Shown here piece by piece: positions 48,070 to 58,210 of a stretch of DNA of 64,000 nucleotides. Numbering within the stretch: the stretch's first letter is position 1; each line of letters begins with the position of its first letter. Made by a program: the position numbers and the translations under genes. The notes under the pieces are model-generated. The model did not search any database and had not been told where the DNA came from. It saw only the letters and a list, made by a program, of their open reading frames with translations. Source of the DNA: Oscillospiraceae bacterium (GTDB taxonomy: Bacteria; Bacillota; Clostridia; Oscillospirales; Oscillospiraceae); NCBI GenBank assembly GCA_021203345.1, contig JAJQBJ010000068.1, positions 9,336 through 73,335 on the forward strand. The letters run 5' to 3'.

Positions 48070-48609
48070 ATGGAATGGAATGCAGCGGTGATTACCGTCA
48101 GTGACAAGGGCAGTCAGGGCCTGCGGGAGGACACCTCCGGACCGGCCCTGTGTAAGCTGCTGGAGGAAAACGGCTATCAGGTGGTCTATGTGGCCATCGT
48201 GCCCGATGAGCTTGAGAAAATTCAGGCGGAGCTGCTTCACTGCGCGGATGAATTGAGGGTCAGTCTGATTCTGACCACCGGAGGCACCGGCTTTTCCAAG
48301 CGGGATGTGACCCCGGAGGCCACGGAGGGGGTGCTGGAGCGCCGCACGCCCGGCATCCCGGAGGCTATGCGGGCGGAGAGTATGCGTATCACGCCCATGG
48401 GCTGCCTGTCCAGAGAGACGGCGGGGATTCGGGGCGATTCGCTGATTATCAACCTCCCCGGCAGCAAAAAAGCGTCCACCGAGAATTTTAGTGCGGTACT
48501 TCCCGCCGTGTGGCACGGTTTGGAGACATTGTACGGCATTTCGGAGGACTGCGCCCGGATTCACAGACATGAACATTCGCACAGCGGGGAGGGACATCAT
48601 CATGGGTAA
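48070..48609 (+). CDS. mog: MogA/MoaB-type molybdopterin adenylyltransferase
   Basis: AAVITVSDKGSQG...TTGGTGFSKRDVTPEAT... with a His-rich tail. The start could alternatively be ATG at 48061. Confidence 0.8.
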   Translation: MEWNAAVITVSDKGSQGLREDTSGPALCKLLEENGYQVVYVAIVPDELEKIQAELLHCADELRVSLILTTGGTGFSKRDVTPEATEGVLERRTPGIPEAMRAESMRITPMGCLSRETAGIRGDSLIINLPGSKKASTENFSAVLPAVWHGLETLYGISEDCARIHRHEHSHSGEGHHHG

Positions 48610-49051
48610 GGTTTTAGCGGTCTGCACCAGCGCGGTGAAAGGGATCCAAAAGACCCCCGTGGAGCAGGCGGAGCTGCGGGTCGATCACGGCATCGTCGGG
48701 GACGCCCACGCAGGTAACTGGCACCGGCAGGTGTCGCTCCTGGGGAAGGAGAGCGTGGATAAGCTCCAGGGGAAGCTGGACTTCCAGCTGAAACCCGGCG
48801 ACTTTGCGGAGAACATTCTGACCGAGGGTATCTGCGTCTATCAGCTGCCTGTGGGTACCCTGCTGCGGCTGGGAACCGCCCTGTGTCAGGTGACGCAGAT
48901 TGGCAAGACCTGTCACTTTGACTGTGCCATTCGCCAAAAGGCCGGGGACTGCGTTATGCCCCGGGAGGGCATCTTTGTCAAGGTGCTGGAGCCGGGCGTG
49001 GTGAAGGCCGGCGATCAGGTTACGGTGGTAGAACAACCAAAAGAGGAATAG
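48602..49051 (+). CDS. MOSC domain protein
   Basis: 149 aa with ...GIVGDAHAG...RQVSLL... typical of MOSC. Confidence 0.75.
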   Translation: MGKVLAVCTSAVKGIQKTPVEQAELRVDHGIVGDAHAGNWHRQVSLLGKESVDKLQGKLDFQLKPGDFAENILTEGICVYQLPVGTLLRLGTALCQVTQIGKTCHFDCAIRQKAGDCVMPREGIFVKVLEPGVVKAGDQVTVVEQPKEE

Positions 49052-49428
49052 GAAAGACGGAGGCCGTATGACCTCCGCCTTTTTGTATATCCGGTCGAAA
49101 TTAAGCTGAATTTGGCTTTCAGAAATCCTTTGTTCTGTGAACAATTTATGAAGAAACGGTTGCTCCTTGTAAAGAATTCATGAATTTTTGGTCGGATATA
49201 TTGACAACACGGAAAATAAAAATTATCATAGGTTTAGCGTAAGGTTTAAAAGCATCGATTTGTGTTTCGTGTGTCTCCCATTTCGACGTGGCGCGCGGAA
49301 TATGGTACATCGCGTATGTGGAAGGGCCGTATGCGTCGGGAAAAGCAAGGGCTTTCTGTCGTTTTCCGCCCTCTGTCTGGCCTGCACCGGCGGAGGAAAA
49401 TTATCATTTTAGATTGGAGGTGCCAGGA

Positions 49429-49866
49429 ATGGCGCTGGAAAAGGAAATACTAAAGGAATATCTGAGCGTGACCCATGAGGTCAGCCATCAGTTCCGTGCA
49501 CACTATGGAAAGATCAATCTGACCTTCCCGCAGGCAATGGTGCTTTCTCTGCTGGAGACGGAGGGGATTATGCCGATCAGTGCGCTGGCTGAGCAGATGG
49601 GCAGCGCGAACAGCACGATTTCCGGTGTTGTGGATCGTCTGGAGCGGATGAACTTTGTACGTCGGAACCGCTCTGAGATGGATCGCCGGGTAATCTTCGT
49701 GGAGATCACGGAGCATTATCAGGAGGTGCGCGATGAAAATGCGGCCAACGTGGCGGGGTTCTTCGGAAAGATTCTGGAAGAACTGAACACGGAGGACCAG
49801 GAGACGGTTTTGAAGGGCCTTCAGATGCTGAACAGTGCGTTGGAGAAGCATACGGAGGACGATTGA
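49429..49866 (+). CDS. MarR-family transcriptional regulator
   Basis: 145 aa. A winged-HTH pattern (LTFPQAMVLSLLETEG...ISALAEQMG...STISGVVDRLERMNFVRR) is present. Confidence 0.8.
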   Translation: MALEKEILKEYLSVTHEVSHQFRAHYGKINLTFPQAMVLSLLETEGIMPISALAEQMGSANSTISGVVDRLERMNFVRRNRSEMDRRVIFVEITEHYQEVRDENAANVAGFFGKILEELNTEDQETVLKGLQMLNSALEKHTEDD

Positions 49867-49978
49867 TTTTTGAGCAACTAAGAAGCGGCGGGCACTTTAC
49901 GAAGGTGACCGCCGCTTTTGTATTGCCGCCTACAGCAATGTTGCTAACCTTGTCCCGCCGATTTTGGCGGTTTGACTG

Positions 49979-50007
49979 TTGACGCTGCTCTCCGGTTGTG
50001 CTACAAT
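49979..50007 (+). promoter_or_regulatory. strong promoter, module 1
   Basis: TTGACG, a 17-nt spacer, then TACAAT with an upstream TG (TGCTACAAT). Confidence 0.55.
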
Positions 50008-50132
50008 TATTTAAACAGTGAATCCGCTTCAACAGATGTAGTTGGCGCCGACGCAGGGACGGGCGAACTTCGTGAATTCGTAAGCCTCCCCTTTGGCTGT
50101 TGAGCGGATGCACCGTTTTTGTAGCTTGACCG

Positions 50133-50161
50133 TTGACATTAATTTCCGGTTGTGCTACAAT
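50133..50161 (+). promoter_or_regulatory. strong promoter, module 2 (duplicate of module 1)
   Basis: TTGACA, a 17-nt spacer, then TACAAT. The 17-nt block TCCGGTTGTGCTACAAT is identical to module 1. Confidence 0.55.
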
Positions 50162-50378
50162 AATGACAAAGAATGAATCCTGCGCAAGCTCGTTTTGGAC
50201 GTTATGCTTGGGGACGAAGGACGCTTCGGAATCAAGCTCTTGTTGCGGGTTCTTGCCTTTTTACGGTGTATCAGCATACATATTCATCAGCATAGGTCCG
50301 CAATTGTTCTAGCGGGTGCCGAACTGATGTCTGTGTTGCTGATACATCTTTTGTTTCCTGATTCTATAAGCGTATGAA

Positions 50379-50415
50379 AGCGGCGAACGCCTTACAGGGG
50401 GTTCGCCGCTTTTTC
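50379..50415. terminator. bidirectional terminator between the promoter modules and the MacB-like gene
   Basis: AGCGGCGAAC-12 nt-GTTCGCCGCT followed by TTTTC on the plus strand. It lies 26 nt past the minus-strand gene's stop. Confidence 0.65.
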
Positions 50416-50440
50416 TGTTGCTGTCTTTGCAAAAGACCGC

Positions 50441-53400
50441 TCAATCCGTCCGCAGCGCGATAACGGGGTCGCTCTTGGCCGCCTTGCGGGAGGGAATCAG
50501 CCCACCGATTAAAGTCAGCACCATACTGAGCAGAACCAGAATCAGCGCAGGAAGGGGATTCAGGACTGCATTGATGGAGGTGCTGCCTGCCAGCCGGTGA
50601 ATGACCGCATTGCCGGGAATCAGCGCCAGCAGAGAAATTCCAATCCCGAGCAGGCCCGCGCACAGGCCGATGATAAAGGTTTCCGCATTGAACACCTGGG
50701 AAATGTTCCGCTTGGAGGCTCCAATAGCCCGCAGGATGCCGATTTCCTTTTTCCGTTCCAGCACGCTGATATAGGTGATAACGCCAATCATGATGGAGGA
50801 AACCACCAGAGAAATCGCAACAAAGGCGATGAGAACATAGCTGATGATATCAATGATCTCCGTGACGGAGCCCATCAGTGTCCCCACCATGTCCGTGTAA
50901 GTGATGGTCTGCTCATCCTTGCCCTCCGCCTCCATCCGGGCGTTGTATGCGTCCAGAATGTCCACCACGGCGCTCTTGCTGTCAAAGTCGATGGGATAAA
51001 TGTCAATTTCGCTGGGTTCATCAAAGTCCGCCCAGCCCATGGACTCCAGATTGCTGTCATAGGTGGCGCTGGCCGAGGAAGAAAGGCTCACCAACAGCTC
51101 TGCCAGCTCGGTGCTGTCCATGGTCATCTGGAAGGCCTCCTGAAGGCTGTCAGCGTCCAGCGCCAGGGACTTGCTCAGGGTGTCGCCCAGGCCGCTCATG
51201 GCCTCAGACAGGGCAGAGGTCAGCCCCTCTGTGATTTGTTCGGTCAGCTGGCTCATGACGGAGGACAGCTGTTCCTCTATCACGGAGGAGATCGCCGTGC
51301 CGTAGCTGCTCATGATTTGGGTCATGTAGCTTGTCAGAAGTGAGGATATCTGGGATTCCAGGCCGCTGATATCCAGCATTTCACTGACGCCGGACAGAAT
51401 CAACGCCTGTGCTTCATCGCTGGACAGGTAATCGGAAAAGCCTGCGCTGATTTTGTCGGGGTCGGACAGGCCGTTTTCCTGTGCATAGGTCTGGTAGCCC
51501 GCCGCCAGGTCAGCGGCTACCTGGCTGAGCCACTCCTGAGTGATTTCCACATCTGTGTCGAATTGCAGATTTTCCGCCGCCCACTGGTTCAATACCTGCT
51601 GGGCGTAGCTCGATTGCAGATATTCCAGCAGATAGGTGTCAAACAGGGAGGAATCGGTGTACCCCTGCTGTTCTGCGTAGCTCTGATAGCCGCTCATGAC
51701 CTGTACGACAAGGGCCTGCAAATCCGCCGTGGAAACGGTGGGGCCGTTGATACCGGATAAAAGCTCCTGAATATGGCTCTCTAAAATCCCCGCAGCCGTA
51801 TCGGAGGTGAGGTAGGTCGTAAAGTCCGCCGCCAGGCTGGAATAGTCCGCCTCGGGATGCTCTGCCACATACGCCTGATAACCGGACAGCAGACCGGCAC
51901 CCAGGGCGGAAAGCTGCTCCGTTGTGGCGGTGATTTCCACGCTGCCGAGCAGATCTGCCAGGCTGATGGAGCCAAGATCCATGCTTGACGTGCCGATGTC
52001 GATGCTGCCCAGGTCGGCCATGCTGCTTAAATCCAGAGAGCCGCTGTCCAGGTCAAGGCCTTCGGACAGATCCAGCGCATCGGACATGGCGGATTCCAAA
52101 TCCTCAGTGTCAAAGGTGAACAGCTCCTCCAGCGCCTCCTCATCAAAGGAAAACAGGCTGCCCAAATCCAGCTCGCTGCTGTCGCTGTCGATGCCGAAGG
52201 CCTCACCGGTAAATACATTGACAGAGGGCTGGGACAGCTGGCTTTGCACGATTTCGCTGTCCTCCGACTGCCCGACCATATACTCAATCAGCGCATCCGT
52301 GTAGTAAATGCCCGTGGTGAGGATGGCGGTGCTGCTGTCCTCCGTGGGCTGCACAACGCCCACGATTTTCAGCTCTGTACCGTTCTCCACCAGATTTTCC
52401 AGATAGGAGGAATCATCGGATTTATCCACCCATACCTCATATTCGCTGTCATAGACATAATAGTCGGAGGCGTTGACCAGCCGGAAGGTGACGTTCATCA
52501 AATCCTCATAGGTATAGGTGCCGAGGTCGTCCGGGGTCTGAATTTCTCCGCCGTCGATGAATTGCTGAATCATTTCGCTCAGCTCCAGGCTGTCCCGGAG
52601 GCCCAGAGAGTAGAGCATGAAGTCGCTGATTCCGCCGCCGGAGGTCAGCACCACCACGCACTCATCATAGGACTCAGGCCAGCGGCCCGCCATCACCTCA
52701 TACTGATTTTCATACAGCTTGGAGGCGGTGGGGAGCTGATAAAAGACATCGGTACTCATCATACTGCTCATCAGGCTGCTGGAGCTGGCGGAGCTGCCCA
52801 GTCCCAGCGAGGAAAAGGAGGAATCCGGGTTGACCTGACGGACGGAGCCATCCTCATTCTGGAGGAAAATCTGGGGTGAGACATCATAGGTGTATTCGAT
52901 GGAGTTGACATACGGCTCGATACCGCTAGTGCCGCTGTCAAAATACGCTTTCAGGGAGGCCAGGTCGTTGGAGTCCATGGTGGAAAACATGGTCGCCACC
53001 ATCTGAATGACGTTGACCTCCCCTTCCTCCGCTTCGTCGGCGGTGAGGAGGCCGGTGCTGGAGGCCAGCAGACTGGTCATATCAAAGCCCGTGCTGGAGA
53101 TTTCCAGCGGATATTCTGACAGGGTATCCTCCTCGATATATTGAATATAGTCGTTAACCCCCGTGGACAGAGCCAGAATCAGCGCAATGCCGATGATGCC
53201 GATGCTCCCGGCAAAGGAAATCAGCAGCGTGCGGGCCTTTTTGGTGCGGAGATTGTTGAAGCTCAGAGCCACGGCGGTGAGAAAGCTCATGGAGGATTTC
53301 CCCATGTTCTTATGCACCGGGGGAGCCATGGCGGTGCTGTCAATGACATAAGGGTTGGAGTCGGAAATGATTTTGCCGTCCCACAGATTCACAATGCGGG

Positions 53401-54022
53401 TGGCGTATGCGTCCGCCAGCTCCGGATTGTGGGTCACCATCACCACCAACCGGTCCTTTGCCACCTGTTGCAGCAAATCCATGACCTGCACGCTGGTTTC
53501 GCTGTCCAGTGCGCCGGTGGGCTCGTCCGCCAGCAGAATGTCCGGGTCGTTCACCAAAGCGCGGGCAATGGCGACGCGCTGCATCTGACCGCCGGAGAGC
53601 TGGTTCGGGCGCTTTTCCACCTGATCGCCCAGCCCCACCTGCTCCAGGGCTGCCCTGGCCCGGCGGCGGCGTTCCGCCTTCCCGATGCCGGAGATAGTCA
53701 AAGCCAGCTCCACGTTGGACAAAATGGTCTGGTGGGGAATCAGGTTATAGCTCTGAAAGACAAAACCGATGGTGTGATTGCGATAGGAGTCCCAATCCCG
53801 ATCCTGGTATTGCTTGGTTGAAATCCCGTTGATGATCAGATCCCCGCTGTCATAGCGGTCAAGACCGCCGACAATATTCAGCAGCGTGGTTTTGCCGGAA
53901 CCGCTGGGGCCGAGAATGGCCACAAACTCGTTGTCGCGCAGATTTAAGCTGACATCGTCCAGGGCCTTTTGTACCAGCTTGCCGGTGTGATACTCCTTGC
54001 GGATGTGTTGTATTTGAAGCAT
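50441..54022 (-). CDS. MacB-like ABC transporter, fused ATPase + FtsX permease with a very large extracytoplasmic domain
   Basis: Start MLQIQHIRKEY at 54022. Walker A GPSGSGKTT, signature LSGGQMQR and a C-terminal FtsX-type TM bundle. About 1193 aa. Confidence 0.85.
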   Translation of the reverse strand: MLQIQHIRKEYHTGKLVQKALDDVSLNLRDNEFVAILGPSGSGKTTLLNIVGGLDRYDSGDLIINGISTKQYQDRDWDSYRNHTIGFVFQSYNLIPHQTILSNVELALTISGIGKAERRRRARAALEQVGLGDQVEKRPNQLSGGQMQRVAIARALVNDPDILLADEPTGALDSETSVQVMDLLQQVAKDRLVVMVTHNPELADAYATRIVNLWDGKIISDSNPYVIDSTAMAPPVHKNMGKSSMSFLTAVALSFNNLRTKKARTLLISFAGSIGIIGIALILALSTGVNDYIQYIEEDTLSEYPLEISSTGFDMTSLLASSTGLLTADEAEEGEVNVIQMVATMFSTMDSNDLASLKAYFDSGTSGIEPYVNSIEYTYDVSPQIFLQNEDGSVRQVNPDSSFSSLGLGSSASSSSLMSSMMSTDVFYQLPTASKLYENQYEVMAGRWPESYDECVVVLTSGGGISDFMLYSLGLRDSLELSEMIQQFIDGGEIQTPDDLGTYTYEDLMNVTFRLVNASDYYVYDSEYEVWVDKSDDSSYLENLVENGTELKIVGVVQPTEDSSTAILTTGIYYTDALIEYMVGQSEDSEIVQSQLSQPSVNVFTGEAFGIDSDSSELDLGSLFSFDEEALEELFTFDTEDLESAMSDALDLSEGLDLDSGSLDLSSMADLGSIDIGTSSMDLGSISLADLLGSVEITATTEQLSALGAGLLSGYQAYVAEHPEADYSSLAADFTTYLTSDTAAGILESHIQELLSGINGPTVSTADLQALVVQVMSGYQSYAEQQGYTDSSLFDTYLLEYLQSSYAQQVLNQWAAENLQFDTDVEITQEWLSQVAADLAAGYQTYAQENGLSDPDKISAGFSDYLSSDEAQALILSGVSEMLDISGLESQISSLLTSYMTQIMSSYGTAISSVIEEQLSSVMSQLTEQITEGLTSALSEAMSGLGDTLSKSLALDADSLQEAFQMTMDSTELAELLVSLSSSASATYDSNLESMGWADFDEPSEIDIYPIDFDSKSAVVDILDAYNARMEAEGKDEQTITYTDMVGTLMGSVTEIIDIISYVLIAFVAISLVVSSIMIGVITYISVLERKKEIGILRAIGASKRNISQVFNAETFIIGLCAGLLGIGISLLALIPGNAVIHRLAGSTSINAVLNPLPALILVLLSMVLTLIGGLIPSRKAAKSDPVIALRTD

Positions 54023-54327
54023 CTGATGCCTACCTTTCGTTTCGGAAGAAAACTGTTTGAAAGCATTGTAGTACGTTCCGGCATGGAGTACAAGTCTTAA
54101 TTTGTGAACTTTTTGCGATGGTGGGATTTTTGGGGCGCTGACAGGCTCATCCACCACCTTTACAACTTCATCTTTTTTTGATAAAATAGTCGGACAAAGC
54201 AAAAGGGGAGAGGTACCATGACACCATTTGCGGGCAATTCAATCACGCCGCCATAGGGCGGCTTTTCGTGCTTGCAGGCTCACGAAAAAGAGCTGCAAAT
54301 CTGAATCGCAAAAGGAGAAATCATTTT

Positions 54328-55128
54328 ATGAAGGGAACCAAACGCGACATGATCTTCCGGTTCCTGGAGGGCAGCAAGCGCTGGTTCGTGCTGGCGATTA
54401 TATTGGGGATGCTTCAGGCGGGGCTATCCATGCTCAACCCCCGTATTGTGCAATACACCGTGGACGGGATTCTGGGCGGAACCGGCAGCGGGAAAAGCAC
54501 TCTGGTACATCTGCTGAACCGGCTGTATGACCTGCCCCCGGAGGGTGGCCGCATCACAGTTGGCGGCGTGGACATCGCGGAAATGAAGCTGGACTGGGTA
54601 CGCAGCCATGTGGGAATGGTTTTGCAGGAGCCGATGCTGTTCAGCAACACCCTGTCCGAAAATATCGCTATGGGCGCACAGAACGCAACTCTGGAGGATG
54701 TACGGGAGGCGGCGCGTCTGGCCTGCCTGGACGACTCCGTACAGGGCTTTGCCCGGGGCTATGATACCATTGTGGGGGAGCGGGGCGTGACCCTCTCCGG
54801 CGGACAGAAGCAGCGTGCGGCTATCGCGCGGATGCTGCTGCAAAAAACGCCCATCATGGTATTTGACGACTCCCTTTCCGCCGTGGATGCGGAGACGGAC
54901 AGCAAAATTCGCGCTGCCCTGCACACGCAGATGAAGGAGGCCACCTGTATTCTGATTTCACACCGCATTTCCACTCTGATGGACGCTGACCAGATCATTG
55001 TGCTGGGGCAGGGGCGTATTCTGGAGCGGGGCAGCCATCAGGAGCTGCTGGCGCAGAATGGCTTGTATAAGCGAATCTACGACGCGCAGCTTGCCTGCGA
55101 GGACGAGGGGGTGGACCCCGTTGCGTAA
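54328..55128 (+). pseudogene. ABC exporter subunit with in-frame loss of almost the whole transmembrane domain
   Basis: The first ~45 aa (TM1) run straight into Walker A: ...VQYTVDGILG|GTGSGKSTLVHLL... The remainder is an intact NBD (LSGGQKQR, MVFDDSLSAVD). Confidence 0.65.
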
Positions 55129-56952
55129 GGAGCGGAACAAAGAAAAAACGGAGCGCCTGCCCTGGTTCGGCCTGGGCTTTCTGAGGCCGGTGATGCGGGA
55201 ATACCGGGGCTTGCTGATTGCCATGGTGATTTCCGGCGCACTGTGCAGCGCCTTTGACGCGGTTCTGCCGCTGTATCAGCGGTACGCCGTGAACCACTTT
55301 ATCGGCGGGGGAACGTTGAAGGGCCTCCGATGGATGGTGCTGGCCTATCTGGGTACGCTGCTTTTGAAGGAGCTTTTTGAGATGTGGTCGGCCTACGACG
55401 CCAGCAAGATGGAGGTCGATGTGGGTTATTCCCTGCGGAAGCGGGTGTTTGACCACCTTCAGGAGCTTTCGTTGAGCTATTATAATCAGAACGGCGTGGG
55501 CTATATCCACGCCCGGCTCATCAGCGACGTGGACCGTATCGGCTCCCTGTGCAGCTGGACGCTGATGGAGCTGGTGTGGGACGGCGGCTATCTGCTGTAT
55601 GTCATCGTCATTATGCTGTCCATCAACTGGCGGCTGGGGCTGCTTCTGCTACTCCTGACGCCGGTGGAGATTCTGATTTGCTTTTACTTTATGAACAACA
55701 TCACCCGGGCCAATCGCGAGGTGCGGGAGATCAACAGCCGCATCACCTCCCGCTACAACGAGGGCGTCACCGGCGCGAAAACCATCAAAACGCTGGTGGC
55801 CGGCCCCAGAGTGGAGCGTGCTTTCGTGGACGAAACGGGAAACATGTATCACGCCGCCGTCCGGGTGGGCCATTTCCGGGGGATGCTCCGGGCCATAGGC
55901 GATTTGGCCGCCAGCGTGAGCCTGGCGCTGGTGCTGTGGCGGGGCAGCTCTTTGAGCATGATTGGGGGAATCGACCTGGCTACCCTGTCTGCGTTCACCG
56001 TCTATGCCATTTACATGACGGAGACAGTCCCCAGCATTTCGGAGGTCATGCAGAGCCTCATCAACGCCCAGGTGAATATCGAGCGGGTGAGCGGCCTTGT
56101 GAATACCCAGCCGGATGTGGTGGACACCCCGGAGGTGATTGCCAAATACGGCACCTCTTTGGAGCCGAAGCGGGAGAACTGGGAGCCGCTTTATGGAACC
56201 GTAACCTTCCGGGATGTGACCTTCCGCTATCCGGACGGACAGGAAACGGTGCTGTCCCACTTCAATCTGGAGGTTCCCCAGGGCGCAAGGGTCGCCATTG
56301 TGGGCGAAACCGGCGCCGGAAAAGTACGCTGGTGAACCTTGTGTGCCGGTTCTTCGAGCCGACCTCCGGACAGGTCCTGATTGACGGCCGGGATGTCCGG
56401 GAGCGCAGCCAGCTGTGGCTTCACTCCAACATCGGCTATGTGCTGCAAACGCCCTATCTGTTCAGCGGTACGGTGCTGGAGAATCTGCGCTACGGCAAGC
56501 CGGACGCCACCATGGAGGAGGTAGAGGAGGCCTGTCGCCGGGTGTGCGCCGACCAGGTGATTGCCCGGATGGATCACGGCTATGACAGCCAGGTGGGGGA
56601 GAGCGGCGACCTGCTCTCCACGGGAGAAAAGCAGCTGATCAGCTTTGCCCGGGCGATTCTGTCTGACCCCAGGATCCTGGTGCTGGACGAGGCCACCAGC
56701 AGCGTGGACACCCTCACGGAGCAGATCATCCAGACCGCCATTGCGGAGGTCACGCGGGGAAGAACCAGCTTTATCATCGCGCACCGCCTGTCCACCATCC
56801 GGGATGCGGATACGATTCTGATGATGCGAGACGGAAAAATCATCGAACGGGGCGCCCACCGGGAGCTGATGCGTCTGCGGGGAGCGTACTACAACCTGTA
56901 CACCACCCAATTCGCACAGAATACCCTGAATCAGCTGACGGAGGGGGCCTGA
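55121..56952 (+). pseudogene. ABC exporter subunit (TMD-NBD) with a -1 frameshift inside Walker A
   Basis: Frame A reads ...IVGETGAGKVRW*. Frame B continues STLVNLVCRFF...LSTGEKQL...LVLDEATSSVD. The shift is in the A-run at 56320-56323 (GGAAAAGT where GGAAAAAGT is expected). Confidence 0.8.
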
Positions 56953-57301
56953 CAGGGCGGATACATCATCTGTTCACAATTCTGTCGCAGAAAGTTAGAA
57001 ATTTATACACCACTCCTTCCTTGTAAAACGTGTAAAATAATTGTTACACTGAGGTCAGGTCTGGCCATCGTCCGGAGCGCGTCTGCCCGATTCGGGTATT
57101 CGCTGCTCCGGATGATTGAAATTTTATATGCAAGAAGGGTTGATTTATGCCGCAAATCGGGGTATATTGGGAGATGCTACATCTGCGGCATACAGGCGCT
57201 ATACATAGAACGGAACACAGTTCCACATCATCATCTGCGGTGCGGACACAGGGGCAACGGGTTGTCTGCAAGCTGCCGCAGGAGGAATAAGAGGGATCTC
57301 T

Positions 57302-58210
57302 ATGCAGGAATTATCTCATTTGGATAAGCTGGAGGCGGAAGCCATCTATATCATTCGGGAGGTGGCTGCAGAGTGCGAAAAGCCGGTGATGCTCTACTCC
57401 ATCGGCAAGGACAGCTCTGTGATGCTGCATCTGGCACTGAAAGCCTTTTACCCGGAGAAACCGCCCTTTCCCTTTTTGCACATTGACACCACCTGGAAAT
57501 TCCACGAGATGATTGAATTCCGGGATCGCATGGCCGAAAAGTATGGCCTGGAGATGCTGGTGTATACCAACGAGGAGGGCGTCAAGCAGGGAATCAACCC
57601 CTTTGACCACGGCTCGGCCTATACGGATATCATGAAAACCCAGGCCCTGAAACAGGCCCTGACCAAATACGGCTTTACAGCGGCCTTTGGCGGTGGTCGC
57701 CGGGACGAGGAAAAAAGCCGTTCCAAGGAGCGCATTTTCTCCTTCCGCAACTCTGCCCAGGCTTGGGGCCCCAAAAACCAGCGGCCCGAGATGTGGAAGC
57801 TGTACAATACCCGCATCCATCAGGGCGAGAGCATCCGGGTTTTCCCCATCTCCAACTGGACGGAAAAGGATATCTGGCAGTATATCCGCCGGGAGCAGAT
57901 TGAAATTGTCCCCCTGTACTTTGCCAAGGAGCGCTCGGTGATTTACCGGGACGGGGATATCATCATGGTGGACGATGACCGAATTTTGCAGCATCTTCGC
58001 CCCGGCGAGGAGGTCGTGACGAAAAAGGTGCGGTTCCGCACCCTGGGCTGTTACCCGCTGACCGGCGGGGTGGAGTCCCAGGCCGACACGCTGGATGCCA
58101 TCATTCAGGAGACGCTTAGCGCAGTGGAGTCGGAGCGTACCAGCCGGGTCATCGACCACGACGGAGGCTCGGCCAGTATGGAGAAGCGGAAAAGAGAGGG
58201 CTATTTCTGA
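57302..58210 (+). CDS. cysD: sulfate adenylyltransferase subunit 2
   Basis: 302 aa with [12 protein letters not shown]...[16 protein letters not shown]-reductase-fold motifs. Confidence 0.93.
   Translation: MQELSHLDKLEAEAIYIIREVAAECEKPVMLYSIGKDSSVMLHLALKAFYPEKPPFPFLHIDTTWKFHEMIEFRDRMAEKYGLEMLVYTNEEGVKQGINPFDHGSAYTDIMKTQALKQALTKYGFTAAFGGGRRDEEKSRSKERIFSFRNSAQAWGPKNQRPEMWKLYNTRIHQGESIRVFPISNWTEKDIWQYIRREQIEIVPLYFAKERSVIYRDGDIIMVDDDRILQHLRPGEEVVTKKVRFRTLGCYPLTGGVESQADTLDAIIQETLSAVESERTSRVIDHDGGSASMEKRKREGYF

Noticed and set aside
50195-50377. 60-aa hydrophobic ORF downstream of promoter module 2, considered as a type I toxin
   Set aside because: TTG start, no Shine-Dalgarno sequence and no conservation evidence. 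It is kept only as a remark within the promoter-module finding.
57106-57122. GGATGATTGAAAT in the cysD upstream region, resembling the I-C 5' handle GGATTGAAAT
   Set aside because: It needs an indel to align, lies 48 kb from the cas locus and has no matching protospacer. It probably forms part of a local hairpin or terminator.
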